Source: Callorhinchus milii
Lineage: Eukaryota
NCBI RefSeq assembly: GCF_018977255.1
Contig: NW_024704742.1
Location: forward strand, 4,528,001 to 4,592,000
Direction: 5' to 3'
DNA length: 64,000 bases
Part shown: piece after piece, positions 1-14,058 of the stretch
How positions within the stretch are numbered: position 1 is the stretch's first letter
Layout of the letters: each line of letters opens with the position of its first letter
The notes under the pieces: model-generated
The model's input: the letters and a program-made list of their open reading frames with translations, nothing else
What the model was told of the DNA's origin: nothing
Database searches by the model: none
Translations under genes and position numbers: made by a program

Positions 1-459
1 CAGATCAGTAATGCACACTGGGCTCCACCTCACAGATGGCACTGTGGAGTGGGTGTCTGTGTGGGAGGCTCAGAATCATTGATTTGCATTGGGTTTCTCG
101 AACCAACTGAGTAATGTAAAATCAGAGCAAAATTCAAAGAAGCATTTTAAAGTGGTGTTGCTTGGGTTTGATGAAATGCCATTGTACAGTTTAGTTTGCC
201 TTGTCAGTTTATGCATTATTATTATTGTTATAATAATATTATATTGATACTATGATTATAATAACATAATAATAATCCTTGCATTTGATGTAGCAGCTTA
301 TCACCTCATTGAGATGTCTCAAACGCTTCACAGGATTGTACTGTGACGTTTAGTGACACTGTATTTTTGTAGGCAAACATCCACAAAGCATTGTGTTTTT
401 AATTGGCGAATAGAGTAATGTTTAGGCCATTTATTTTATGGGGGGGTGAGGAGAGGAGG

Positions 460-678
460 GAATTGATCATGCAATTGACAGAAGACTGAAAGGGTGGTGG
501 AAGCCGACAACAACTTTTAAGAGAGAACTGGATAATTATTTGGGGAGGACAAGTTTGCAGGGCTATGGGAAGAGAGCGGGGCTGTGGGGTTGATTTGGGT
601 AATTCTTTTCAAAGAGCCGACATAGATACGATAGGCCGAATGGCCTCCTTCTGTGCTGTATAATTCTATGATTCTATG
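460..678 (+). mobile_element. CR1 3' end
   Basis: GGCCGAATGGCCTCCTTCTGTGCTGTA followed by (TTCTATGA)2. A reverse copy lies at 38140-38285. Confidence 0.85.
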
Positions 679-2594
679 AAGACATCCATGTCCCAAATGG
701 CCTCAGTCCCCGCAATAGATATACCAAGTGCAGAGCTCATCCACTTCTAAGTACATATACACATCCAAATGCATATTTTCTACACTGTACAGTGAATCCT
801 GTGAAGCGCTTTAAAACATTTCAAAGCCGTAATAAAGTACAAAATCAAATGCAAGTATTGATGAGGACCCGGGTTCAAACATCTGTCATTTTGCCAAGCT
901 AATTCAGGCTCACTGCATGCCCCTGCCTCATCCATGTCATCATTAGTGACCTTCACCCATAATCTCAGGAACTCCCTCCTTCTACCCCTCCGATTCCCCT
1001 CCCCCATCTGCCTTCAAATCCTGCTTCAAAACCTACTTCTGACCAAGCCTATGGTCACATCTCCCAATCTCCCTCTCCCCTGGTTTGGTAAGCGCTCTGA
1101 GATGTCATTCTGCATGATATTAGTCAAACGTAAGTTGCTGCACTGTATAAATGTTGTTGCTGTTATTTGGGGAGGGGGGGAAAGGGTTTCAAATTGATCG
1201 TTTCATTAAGCTGCTGATTTGCAGTCTCCAGGACCAGTGCCTGAACTGTGCTTTTTTCTCCTCCACCACCTCTGCCCTTTCCTTTTAATAGCTGGAGGTC
1301 GAGCCCATTGAGGCTGAGGACCTGATTTATTCTGCATATTGTGACTATTGTCACACATCAATCAGTATAACAACCCTAAGAGTAAGAACAATTCTAAACC
1401 ATAATCCGAGATCAAGGAAAAACACTTGCACCTTGCAACTTTGCCTTATCCAGACCAACTCATCCGCAATCTCCTCTCAAACAAGAGACGCTGACTGAAC
1501 TTCTGGGAAAAGGATGTGGAATCCCGAATCAGTTAAGATCTACGATCGTGTTCACTCCAAAGCAGTGTGAGGAGGAGGTGGACTGCAAACTGGTTTCGCT
1601 TCCATCAGTGGGTCGTACTTCCTAGTTGAACTCCGAAGGTGTCAGGTTTTCTCTTCAAGTCAAGGCACAGTTAAAGAAGAATGGGCTTCCATTAAAACGG
1701 CTTTGAAAATACCTTTAAAAAGAAGATAAATTATATAACAACAACAACTTGCATTCATATAGCACCCTTCACACAGGTAACATCTCAGAACATTTGATAA
1801 TAAAGAAAGAAAAGGAGGGTAGGATGTTCCAGTTGTTTAGAGCAATTTCCTTTGTCACTGGATTTGAGTTCTAATTTAACTAAGTGTGTCATGGGATTAG
1901 GAAAGACCCAGGACTAGTTTCTATGGGAAATGGAATATTATAAATATGGCCTAAATGGAGAATGAAGGAATTACACCGATGCAGGCAGACTGCTGAGCTG
2001 AGGTTTGGGTTGAGAAGTAGTGTTGAGGCAGAGTAAAAAGAAATTATATTATTGCTCATTGACCTAGGTTTCTGGTGCTGGATATTAACACACGTGTCCA
2101 ATGTTAATGTCCAACACCCTCATCCTAGATCAGATAAATGTGCTACTCCGCAAGCATTCCTGACCTTGTGAAGTGAAAATTTGCCAATATTTAAAATATA
2201 GCCAAAAGGAACAATCTCGTGACATTCCCATTGCATTTTGGTGGTGGAATGAGCCAGGGATATTTTATATCTCTGGATCAGTAGGAATTGCAATCAAAAT
2301 AAGTCAAAGATTGGTAGAATTGTTGAGAAGTTTGAAAGCAGCCAATTGACTGCAGAATCAGTCTCCAAGGAACATGTTCAACAATGCAATTCCCTTGGAA
2401 GTGATTCTTTCTTTGCAACTTCATCTGTGAAGTACATTACCAAAATAATGATTTAAACAGTAATGGTTTGATGCAAGATTCTCTTTGGTTGAGAACATTA
2501 CATGGACTTCAAATGCTTCAGTCTAACACCCAATTTCTTAGCTTGGACAGACCCAGAATGCCTAGTTATTAAAGGTATTAATACTTATTACACA

Positions 2595-2870
2595 GTGGTA
2601 TGTTCAAGTGGATATTAAAGATCTCATTGCACTATTTGAGAAGAGAAGGGAGTGCCCCAATGTTCTGCCAACAATCTCCAGAATAAAATTGGTTATTCAC
2701 ATCATGGTTGTTTGTGGGACATCTCTTGGTGGGACATTGCTGTATTCAAATAGGCTTCCACGTTTGCCTACAAATACACAGTCACTATTTTACAGTGAAT
2801 CTTGTGAACCACTTGAAAATGTACTCGATGACGTGATAAGATGCTGTATCAACTGCTAGAATTATTATTT
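2595..2870 (+). mobile_element. DeuSINE fragment
   Basis: GTGGATATTAAAGATCTCATTGCACTATTTGAG Deu core plus tail. Confidence 0.7.
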
Positions 2871-2979
2871 TATTTATGCACTTCAGGATCTGATTACTTC
2901 AATAAGATCTCCCATGAGTGTTGTCTTTAGTATAAACGTTCTCAGCCTTCGGAACCTTTCCTCATAACTCAGGTGCCCA

Positions 2980-3350
2980 AATAATAATAATAATCCTTGC
3001 ATTTGATATAGCGCTTTATCATTTCTTCGAGGAGTCTCAATGCGCTTCACAGAATATACTGTAAAGTGAATTGACTATATATTTTGTAGTCGAAACACTG
3101 CAGCCAATTGTGCACAGCAGCGTCCCACAACCAGTCATGGACTGAGTGACCAAATTTTTTTTTTGAAGGGATTATTACCCCAGGAAAAGTGATCCACTAA
3201 TCGACTAACAACCGGGTTCCTGCTAACTGCTAGGTAAATAGAAGCGTGTGGAGTAAGGAAGCTTGCCGAATGTTTCGCCCTGCCCGGGATCAAACCCAGG
3301 TCCTCTCGCTTACGAGGCGAGTGCTCTAACCACTGAGCCACAGGACTCCA
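2980..3350 (-). mobile_element. tRNA-derived SINE, older long subfamily (A), full length
   Basis: Same head and tail as B, plus an extra ~60-bp middle segment (CAGTAAGTAGGAACCCGGTTGTTAGTCGATTGG type). Confidence 0.9.
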
Positions 3351-3529
3351 ATGCCAGGATGCACTTCCTGTAAATCAATGACAGAATTGGACCGGTGCGC
3401 TGTACAGGTTCAGTATGGCTTCTCGTGAGTATTTTATTGTTTTTGTTAATATCCCATAATTCTCTTCACTTTATAGCTGCCACACACTGCACTGCTGTTT
3501 TCAGCACTCTATCCATCTTCTCGTATCAA

Positions 3530-3920
3530 AATGAATGCCTGTTCCTTACAATGTCGTGCAAACTAATCTTGTTTATAATCTCACGGTTCTTTGTCCTTCC
3601 TCAATTTCATCACTCTGCATTTGTCCACGTTCAAGGATAGATGGCACTTGTCAAACCAATTCAAATCTATCCCAAACCTCCTCGTTCGATTAGCTTTTTC
3701 CCTGTTATTTGCAATCCCCCAATTCGGTATTATTGACGGATTTATAAAGCTTGGTTCAGTTCCCACTTAAGCATCGTATATGTTCATTGCGAATAGCATT
3801 ATTCCTAACACTAATCCCTGAGGTACCTCACTTAGTTATTTCCTTCCACGTCAATGCAGCTCCCTGTACAACAACTCATTATTTTTTATGATCTCACCAA
3901 ATTCGAATCCACTTCAGAAA
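3530..3920 (-). mobile_element. old CR1 RT fragment
   Basis: LNVDKCRVMKL and upstream degenerate VPQG/FINDM. Confidence 0.65.
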
Positions 3921-6229
3921 ATCACATAAACCGTCATATAACTCAGATAGCATGCAGTATCGGCAGCTTGGCTCTGTGACCTTTGGGTCAGAAGCTTGGG
4001 GGTTTCACTCCCAGTTCAGGATTTGAGCTCATAGTCTAGTAGCTGGACATTCTGGGAAAATCTCTGTCAATGAAATAATTTGAAAATACAAGAAATTGAG
4101 GAAAGACAATGAGAGTCGTCTTGAAAAAAACTAATTCCGTGGGTTTTATGGGCGTAAAACACCAAAACATTATTAGAGTTTGTTTCATGAACAAATGTTT
4201 TGCCCACAAAATATATGGTCAGCTCACTTTACAGTATATTCCGTGAAGCGCTTTGAGACTCTAGAAGATGGGATAAGGCGCCTATATCAAAAGCAAGGAT
4301 TATTATTATTATTTCCTATCCGGGTACTTCCTATGTGTACAATGACTGCTACTTGGACTCAGTATCGGAGGGCTGTTGTGTCACCTTGTGTTATAGTTTC
4401 TTTAACATATAGGATGACTTAACAGGATTGCTAAAAAAAAAGCAATCCATTCACCTTAAAATAGGACTTTACTTTGTAAAAATGTGGAGAAAAATCACTG
4501 CTTTTAGCGACCAGCAGAAACAAAAAGATAGTGCCAAGTTTTAATTAGTAGAGATAGAGGAGTTGTAGTTGCTGGCAAATTCTTCTAACACTGCTCTGAT
4601 CGTAGCATGATAGCAGCCCAAGGCATGAGACAACATTACTGTCAGTCCCTACCAAGTAAAATTTGCAGTATTTCTTATTTAACACTGGCATCAACTGTTC
4701 CCACCAGGTGCCAACACATCCCGCAAAATATACAGTCAAGTCACTTTGTAGTATATTCTTTGATGTGCTGTGGTACGTCTCGACGACTTGACAAGGTGCT
4801 ATATCAAATGCAAGGATTATTATTATTATTATTATTATTATTGTTATTATCTCTTCGGGTAAGGAATTACTTCCTTTTCAGCTTCCAGCTAAGGATGCAC
4901 CAATTTTTTTTGAATCCGAGGCTGTTGATTTTTATTTTATAATCTTTTAGGCCCAACATCTTGCTTTTTTTTAATCAATACTGTATTTCTTTCCAAGCCT
5001 TGGTTGGATGAGGAGGGCTGAAATCTTGCTCCTCAGCCAAAACCTAATTCTAATCAATCGAGCAGGGTAGGCCTGAGCTCTCCAAGCTGTTTGGTAAAGG
5101 TTATTTATTTTGCCAAAGAAAGCACGACTTCCACCCCCCCTCCACCCCCCACATGTTGTGCAATTAGAGCCTGATGTCGAGCCTAAAATTTTAATTTTTC
5201 ACTAAATAAGAAACACCTCATATTTGACCTCCATGTTTCTTGTTACCCAGTTAGGGAAACCGGACAAACGTTACGCCTTCTGCCCCCTGGAAATCCAAGA
5301 TTGGGATGGCTTAAATAACGCTTTTTGTATTTGACCTTGTCATGGCAGATGGCAGCTAAATAATATGTCAACTGAGCTCCGGTTTGCGAGTAAACTCCAG
5401 TGTAAAAAAAATCTCTTATTGTCCTGCTCATCACTTGTATTAAATGTGCTTTGATTCCTTTTATTGTAAATGATTACTTCGACTCAGGGGATCAAATGCT
5501 GGTTTCTGTGCGTGTGCTGACGCCATTGTTCACAAATCGCACTTTCATGTCGCTCCCCTACAGTTTATATGTTGTGTCACTGGTTACAGCAGGTGCTGGA
5601 AAAGACCCGTGAGCTTTGGAGGGTTGAAATCACCCCCTGTTGCAAAATACCACAGAGTGCAAGTTGAATGTGTGGCTGCTGTTCGATGGCTGTAAAATGA
5701 GAGTGAGTACGGCTTTGAGCAATTTATCAATTCAGCAGCAATGGATTTTTAATAATTCAACTAAAATAGCACAATGGCCTGATACAAGCACTCGGGATAT
5801 GTTCACATGAATTTTGCTTCACGCTACCCACTGGATGTGCATCAGATTTAATTCTGTGTGGCTCACACGCAAATCATGCTACACGGAGAAGGATTTGTGA
5901 AGAGCGTATTTGGTGCATCACAACTTGGTTTCCGGCTAGACTTCACTCCGCATCGCTCTGACCATTTTAATATAAAACTAGATGGGTTCCCTCAGAAATG
6001 TAATAAAAAAATGATTGAAGTACAAAAGGTTCTCTAACGTTCACTGTTATGCTCTATTGGCTGCATCTCAGCCTTCTCCAGTCTCCAGACTTCACTGGTT
6101 TGACGTCACATCCAGTTTCAAATGTGCTAAAAGTTTGGAAAATTTTCATCGTAACTTCATAATTCTCTGGAGCTTGGTCTTGTACAACTTACATTTACTG
6201 TCATAATTTACTGATTTGCTGATGCTGTG

Positions 6230-6780
6230 TGGTATAATAATAATACTAATACTACTACTACTAATAGTAATAATAATAGTTGCACTTGATATAGTGCCTT
6301 ATCATGTCGTTGAGAATCTCAAGGTGCTTCACAGGATTTTTCACTTAAACTGTAGTGTCTGTATGCAAATTGGCTGTCATGTTCAGCCACAAAACACACT
6401 GCATTTTATGGTACGTCCTGTGAAGCCTACCGATGTGAAAGGCACTGTACCAAATGTAAGGATTATTATTATTTGTAGGTGAATACAGCAGCCAATACAA
6501 CAGTGTCCCACAACCAATCATGAAGTGAATGATCAATTTTATCTGAAGGATTGTTGGCCAGGACACCAAGAGAAATTTTGTTCTCGTTTCAGATGCTGCC
6601 ATGGAATCTTTAATAACCACCTTAACGGACAGATGAGACCTTGTTTTAACGTCTCGTCTGAATAACTGCATCTCTAACAACGCAACGCTCCCCTAGCCCT
6701 GCACTGGAGGGTCAGCCCAAACAATGAGCTCAAAGTCCTCATGTGGGACTTTAATCCATATTCATCTGACTCAGAGGTGT
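6230..6780 (-). mobile_element. composite decayed DeuSINE/SINE fragments
   Basis: Reverse Deu core and tails, with a forward tail piece near 6415-6475. Confidence 0.65.
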
Positions 6781-8329
6781 TTAGCAAGAAAAAAAACCTC
6801 TTAATGCTTGAAAGAAGAACTTACATTTTAATAGCACCTTTTCAGGTAAAAACACTTTGTACTCCAGTAATTAATAATTCATTGATGTCAAACATTGAGA
6901 CATTTTTTGTGGTCAAACACAGAAGCCATGTTGCATACACCAAAGTCCCACAAATAGCTATGAGGTGATTGATCAAGTCATTTGAAGGACTCTGTGGCAG
7001 GCCTGACAAAATGCAATCCTTAAGGTCAACCTGAAGAAACAGGCAAATGGATTAAAATCTTGTCTGAAGAACACCACCTCTAACAACACAGTGCTCCTCA
7101 GTGCTCCAGTCCTGCTGTAGAGCTAACTCAGAGCGAGAGTGCTGTCCAACTAAGCCAAGTTGACACTGAAATATTTTTTTGTTTGTTTTTCCTTACTCCT
7201 TCCTGACATCTCGTTGTCCTGAATACTGGACCTGAAAGAGTGGGCAGTCACATCGCAGACTCTTCTGTCGCTGTCAGCTCTGTTGGCTCAGCTGACACGA
7301 GGCATATTTACCCTGAGGCTGAGTCAGACAAAACAGCAGATTCTCTAAAGATTGGATGCACCACTGAATAGTACAACTGTGAAATGATGAGACTCATAAC
7401 ACAGATGGCTGTTTAATACAAGTGCCAACCAGTGCTGGAGCTCAGACCTGTTCTCAGTGTTGTACTGTAACATCTCAACCCCATTTAACTGGGAAATTTG
7501 GAACAGTAATCTCCCACCTGTGGACTGGCAGCACTTTCACTGACTCTGGCTTTGTCACTTTACACAAGTAATGTTGCTTTTCACATCTAATTATTTTATT
7601 TTGATTGCAGAAACCTTGGGTGGTGGGGGGCCAGTGGAAGCAGGCGACGATGGGGCAGTTTAGTGCAGGTAAAGATATGGGCTGCAGAGTTTAAAGGACA
7701 TAAAATCAGTACTCTCAAATGACTTAGGAAGTTCTCAGGTTTGATAGCCAGTCTTTGCTGAGTTACTTCATCTCAGCTGAGCCAACAGTAGGAATACAAT
7801 TGACTTTAGATTTAGGAGGGGAAAATCTGCCAGATTTCCTGCTCCTGAAGGCTGACATTTTTCATGGTCTTAACCACGGCAGGACAAGGGCTCGCTGATC
7901 AATTTTTCCTTCATGGTGATATTAAATCCAAGATGAGAAATCATTCCATCTATCTGGAGGACAGCAAAAGGCATTAGCAGCCCTGAGAGAGCAATCATTA
8001 GACCTGTCCCATCTATCAGCCAAGTTCTGGTTAATGGGGCATCTTATGGGGTATTTTTTAACAGAGTATTCTAATAAGGAATCTGAGATAAGTATATTGG
8101 GAACTTCTTCCAATAACTGGAATCACATCATACCAACATAAAATAATTCTTTTCCAACACAAAATATTTCCAGAGCAGAGATCCCTTGGCATTTTACAGA
8201 GATTATTTTTATCAAGGAATCTCGTTAAGAAATCGCAAGATGAGACACAAATTAAATCCCCGTAACCCAGTGTTGAGCTGGAAATGCCTGCTCCGTCCTG
8301 GGAAACAAAGAAGAAAGTAATTAAAGGTA

Positions 8330-8965
8330 TCAAGCCTGCATCCTCCATCGCTCATGCACAACACTTTGTTATCAAGGACTCTACTGCTCTTATTTAATCT
8401 CCTGAGGAATGCAACCAACCATAGGTAAATTATTGGCACATTATTGGACTATTATTAGTCATGAAATTGTGACTTGATACATGTATTCAAAGAGTGTACG
8501 AGCCACCATCACAAATACAATAAGATTACAAGATTGGTTTGGATGAAGAAAGCCCTTCGGCCCATCTGTTATCACCTTCCAGAATACCCATCCTACCATC
8601 CTCCCATAACTGCATTAAAGATGCTTTTTAAATGCATCTCATGTCCTGGCCCCAACCACCTTTCTGGTAACCAATGGAAAACCACCAATCATAGGTATGT
8701 CTAGCTGTGAATTCATCTATTCCATTGCCTCCTTTGGGAGTGTAGGCATTCTTGATGTACAATGCCACTGCCAACCTTTCCATAGATCTGGAAGGAGCTT
8801 GTGGCTAAAAATCAATGGCAGTGGTTATTTATCTTCATTGTGATGGGCAGTCCTGTCTTAATCAGAAAAAGGGATCCAGGTATTTGTTGAGCACTTGGCA
8901 GATGTCATTGAAGGCATCTCTATTAAGATGAAATTGTCACACACACTTCTGTTTAGTCTAGGCTA
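8330..8965 (-). pseudogene. PIF/Harbinger transposase fossil (interrupted by a CR1-like piece ~8510-8690)
   Basis: Frameshifted translation FHLNRDAFNDICQVL / TGLPITMKI / TTAIDF.ATSSFQ / HSLN matches the HARBI1-type pattern FRL...ALPVAVKVTTALNFFATGSFQ...HSLNVQ. Confidence 0.7.
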
Positions 8966-9477
8966 AGCAATTTGTCTTTGTCTTGTATAGTGCATCACTA
9001 CAAAGGAAATTGCCTCCTTCTCCATACCTTCCGTTTACTCATTGATCTTATCTGTGATATATACCATCAACAACCAAAGTGCATACATCATTCACATGAG
9101 GCATTTCTAAACTGACAAATGTTTCCGTTCTATCATGATCAAAAACCACACATAAAGCTCCAGGTTAGTCCTTATAAAAAATAACAATTTTTGCCTTAGT
9201 CAGAACTGTCCCCGAACTGTTATGTGAATAGTATTCTAGGTGGTGTGCAGTATAAGAGGATGTGGGAAAGTTGTGTTAAGTACCAGGTGGAATCCTACCA
9301 GTGACAATATTTAGCATTTACACAGGATGATCCAGATAGAAGTGGTCTGACTTTATAACGTAGTGCAGCACTTTTGGCCACAGCATTGGTGGATTGAGCC
9401 GATCTGTCCAATCTCTGTACAGCCTAGGTGCTCCAGAAATGTCTGGACAGGCAGCCAGGCGCAGAAACTGGTACACA

Positions 9478-9675
9478 GCACAAAATACTGCACATGCTGG
9501 AAATCTGAAGTGAAAACAGAGAGAGCTGGAAAAACTCAGCAGGTCAGGCAAGCGTCTGGAGAAAGGAAAGAACTAACGAAGGGTCGTGGACCCGAAACGT
9601 TGACGCACTTTCCTTTCTCCATAGACGCTGCCTGACCTGCTGAGTTTTCCCAGTTCTCTCTGTTTTTGTTGCAGA
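9478..9675. mobile_element. Penelope-like terminal palindrome with hammerhead remnant
   Basis: AAAACAGAGAGAGCTGGAAAAACTCAGCAGGTCAGGCA is inverted to TGCCTGACCTGCTGAGTTTTCCCAGTTCTCTCTGTTTT. Centre reads CTAACGA-A-GGGTC-GTG-GACCC-GAAAC. Confidence 0.7.
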
Positions 9676-9687
9676 AGCTGGTGTCAG

Positions 9688-10082
9688 CTTGGCTCAGTTG
9701 GTGGAACTCTTGCCTCTGAGTCAGAAGGTGGTGATTTCAAACTGCATGTCAGGACTTGAGGTCCAGGCTCAATGCAGTGCTGGAAGAGTCTCCATTGTTA
9801 AGAGGTGTCGTCATTCAGATGAGACATTAAAACCAAAGACTGTTCAGGTGGATGTTAAAAGAGAAGGGACTTTCTCCCCCTATCTTGACCAATATCCCCA
9901 TATGAGATTGATCAATTGCTTCATGGCTGTTTATTAAACATTGTTGTGTGCAAATTGACTGCTGTGTTCGCCTAAAAATACAGTCACTGCACCTGACAGT
10001 AAAATTCAATGAAGCTCTTTAGTGCTCTTTCCAACATGAAATGCACTATATCAAATGCAAGGACTTTTTATAATAATAATAA
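9688..10082 (+). mobile_element. old DeuSINE (SacSINE1-like)
   Basis: Head GGCTCAGTTGGT...GCCTCTGAGTCAGAAGG, Deu-like TTCAGGTGGATGTTAAA, and the shared 3' tail. Confidence 0.75.
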
Positions 10083-10551
10083 TATAGTAAAAATAAAGTC
10101 AGTAAGTGCCTGTTTGTGTTGAAGCCAGTTAGCGACTGTGGGTGAAAAGATGTTGAATCTCCATCCATCCCTGTAAGAGAGATAACAAATGATGCAATGG
10201 AAAATGCAATCTTTTATTAAAACAAGAATGGAAGTGAGTAGTCATGACATTGACTGCACTGTATTGCTTTCTCTTTGGGCGTGGGATGCTCTCCAATAAT
10301 GTCAGCATCCTCACAAACACTGTGTGAATATCTATTCGACAATAGGCACATTGAAAAGCAAAGCCAACTAATGGGCGGTTAGATAACAGTGGAATAGATT
10401 TAGAGGTTTATTGACTAGGTATCCTTAATTTAACAAATCACCAGTCCCTATCCCATTGCACAGCAAAGCAGCTACAGTAAAATGATATTTTAGCTACAGT
10501 AAAAAGGCCCAGTGATGACACTGAAGGTATGTTTACTTGCAGGTACACATT

Positions 10552-10930
10552 ATACAATACAATACAAAATTACATTTGTATAGCACGTTTCACATCAGGA
10601 GGACGTCCCAAGGTGCTGGAGGGTTAGTGTTTCAGACCCAAGCTGGGGGTTGGGATCGAGAAGGGTGGAGGGTAGGAAGGTGATCGAAGGCTTGGTCGAA
10701 GAGGAGGGTTTTGAGATGCGCCTTGAAAGAGGCGAGGGAGGGGGCCAGATGAAGGGACTGTGGAATGGTGTTCCATAGGGTAGGGCAAAGAGGGTGGAGG
10801 CCTGGCCGCCGATGGTGAGGCGAGCCGGGCGGGGACGTGGAGCTGGCCAGAGCCTGCTGAGCGGAGGGAGCGGACATGTTGATATGGGGTTAGCAGGACG
10901 TAGGGAGGTTCTCCTGTATGCAGCACCTTA
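10552..10930 (-). mobile_element. L2 3' end
   Basis: PTLWNTIPQSLHLAPSLASFKAHLKTLLF plus the same tail stem-loop. Confidence 0.88.
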
Positions 10931-11599
10931 AGCAATCGAACCACTAACACTGTCCCGCATACTGAGGCAAAGTGTGGCAGGACAGCATTATGTGGAGAAA
11001 GTTCAGAAAATCCATATAAACTTCGTGAGATCCACACGCTCAGGAAATATTCTTCCAAAGTAGCCCAGAATCCACAGGGGAGCTTTTCTGGTTGTCACTT
11101 GAGGAGAAGTCATTGGTAGAGAGTGAAGGTGCTCTTGGCGGTTTCATCATTCCTGTCCTTCTGTGCTCGTCACTGTGATGGCCTTAGCCAGCCTTCGGGA
11201 AGGTCCTCAGATACAACCTGTGGCCAAGGGACCTGCCCTCTCACCTCCTGAAATTCCTCTTACTGGTATAGGATGAACTCACGAGTCACAACACAGGAGG
11301 CACCAGTGGGTATGTAGCTGTTAATCTCTCTATCTATTTCAACACTGCTGCAGGGTCACACTTGCTGGTAATGGTGGTATTGATGGCTCTACTAAGCCTG
11401 GTCTCACACTGGTGACTGTCACTGCAAACCAACGCCTACTGGAAACCTCACGGAATGGTGGATGACATACATCGTTTCTAGAAGTTCTTTGAGCTGCATT
11501 TTTGGACGTAGAACACGTCAGAGCTGTATCACTGGTATCCTAACCCTAACCCGAGCGCATCAACCTAACCTGTGGTCAGTTCGGAGCAACATACTGTTA

Positions 11600-12045
11600 G
11601 ATCTTCCTCCTCGAGTAGCTGGGTAGAGATGTTAGGAGAATGGCTGATGCCCACAATTGTGCCATCATTCTTAACCAGCTCATTGCTAGTTGGAGGCGAG
11701 GATACAACTCCCCTCACATACAGCAGCGTTCAAACAGATAAACACCTTGTAACAATATTTCATTTAGGCCAGAAAGGCATCCGTTCCTTTCCAACCTGTT
11801 ATCAAAGGCTTCGGTGCTCAATGAATGGATTTTTCATAAATCCACATTCACCCCCTCAGGTTTGGGGACTGCTTCAACATTTGCAGACAAGGGAATGTAT
11901 CGTGGAAGAGATAACTGCACTGATTCCCACAAAGCCATATTCTCTGATGGGCCAGTTGCCATTTAGCCTTGGAACACCCCCTCTTGAGTTTAATGACAGG
12001 GCATTGTGAAACATGTCTTTGTGCGATGAGAAGGACACTAAATAA
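11600..12045 (-). pseudogene. possible second Harbinger transposase remnant
   Basis: IAQRHV..KRG..WQLAHQRI..FHDTF loosely tracks IDCTHV..RKGFHSLNVQL..HRQRI..SHDAF. Confidence 0.4.
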
Positions 12046-13954
12046 ATAAATAAATAAATGCTCATGGACTTGTGCATGTGACAGGCACCTCAATGCATAA
12101 GCAGGTCCTCCTAAGACTCTTTTACAGCTCCGCAGCCTATCATAACTTCACATGACTCCTGCAAGCTGTCTCAACCACTGAACATGATGAGTACATGCAA
12201 ACAATATTAATGAACTGCACTCAGTCACCTCCAGTTAAGCTTTTCTACACTAAGCGGCAAGAAAGTATACTGCTAAATAGGTGGATCTAATTAATGGAGT
12301 AAACTTTCACAGCAATTTATTCCCGAATATTTACTCCCTAAATTAAACAGCTTACACTCTCAGCATTATAATAGAAAAGGGATCCTTAAATGGATGCACT
12401 GATAGGCAGAGAGAGAGTCATCTTATTACAATGCAATGCTTTCCGGGCCCAAACAAGGTCAGTCTCGAGTGTCTAATCAATCAGAGTTTGGAGTGCTGAC
12501 TCAAATCATTTGTCTGTCGAAGATAACACACAGTGCAACTCAAACCGTTCCACTGCAGTCAGTAGAAAACTACAGCACATTTCATCTGTAGAGGCGGACT
12601 CCACTGTTGTGCAAAAAGCCGTCACAAAATCTGCAGGTGTATCAGAGAATGAAACGGAAGAAGCAACACAGGACAGCATAAATTAGATGACACTCCACAT
12701 ACAGTATTTCCATTTTATTCCACGTTTTTATTTTGCTGAACGGGTGTATTGCTTTTTGCAGCAATTGTCATTATTTGACTGACTGTGTACCTTGTTTTAG
12801 ATATCTGTTTGTGATATTTGATCTGTACTGTTGTTTGGTACAGAACATTGTTCAAAGAAAGCTGACATTGGGCTTCATCACATAAGCCTCTCCCACTTAT
12901 ATATGTATATAAATATCTTTATATGAATAATACTGAAGCACTTTTAGATGCCTCACAGGAGCGATCTGCATAAATCTGAGTGACATTGAATGCGAAAGAA
13001 AAGAAACAGCAGAGATGTGAAGAACTCAAGCTTTACAATTAAACAGACACGTTGCACCGTTGGCTTGTCTTTCATGATTTAACCACTTGCACACAATTTG
13101 GAAGCTGCATATTCTTGTGGAGAACATTTGAAGCCGGCAATTTCAATGGCTGGTACATGCAGGTCATAGGCTTCCTTTCATTTCCATGCAGATGGGGTAA
13201 ATAACAGATTCAAGTCATAGAACGTGTCTACTTGTGAGACCCTGTCAACAATCGACTGGCAGTACAGCCGTGATCAAAGAAAGATGATGCTTTTTTTTGT
13301 AAAGTCTTTGTCCGTGGTTATGCTCTGGAAATTTGAATTCATTTGGTAACATGCTTTATTATCTAGTCACAAGGTCATTTGCATAAGTTTCCCCCACATC
13401 AGTGTTGTCTCAGCAGAAGATCCAACAGTCCCTCCTTTTGATGGTGTTATTCCTTTGATTCCAGGCACCGCTCGTGTGATGGGCTTATATTTTCTACGGA
13501 ATTTAAATAGATAAAGCCAAGTGTGCTATTCTGTGCACGTGCATGATTCTGGTTCTCTGCGTGTGTTCAGTTCAAAATATTTCATCTCACTGTCAAGATG
13601 CTGGTACAGTATTTGTAATTGAGAAAGTTGCAGTTATGTGGAAGAATTCAATATGAGGTGTCGTTTTACTTCTGTACTTCAGTATTATTTACGTGTCCTA
13701 TTATAGGTTAACCTGGCAGCATTGGAATCCCACTAACCTTTGACACTGAAAGATACAGACTGACAGTGGACTTCTCACTCTGACCTTTTTGGCTATACAG
13801 TCCAATCCTTCCAATTAAACGACTAGATCCAGTGACACCTGCTGAGAGGTTAATCTGCTGGGTATCACTGCAGCCAAGAGGAGGGAGTTTATTCTTCAAT
13901 TACACTTTCATTAATCTATAAAATAGCATTCCTATTTATGTTATGTCAGTTTGT

Positions 13955-13989
13955 CTATATCTATCTGTCTGTGTGTCTGTGTGTCTGTG

Positions 13990-14025
<36 letters not shown>

Positions 14026-14058
14026 GGTCGGTCAGTTGGTCTGTCTGTGTGTCTGTCT
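13955..14058. repeat. (TCTG)n/(TG)n microsatellite
   Basis: Seen directly. Confidence 0.9.

Noticed and set aside
11539..11570. Interstitial telomeric repeat
   Set aside because: Only about two CCCTAA units.
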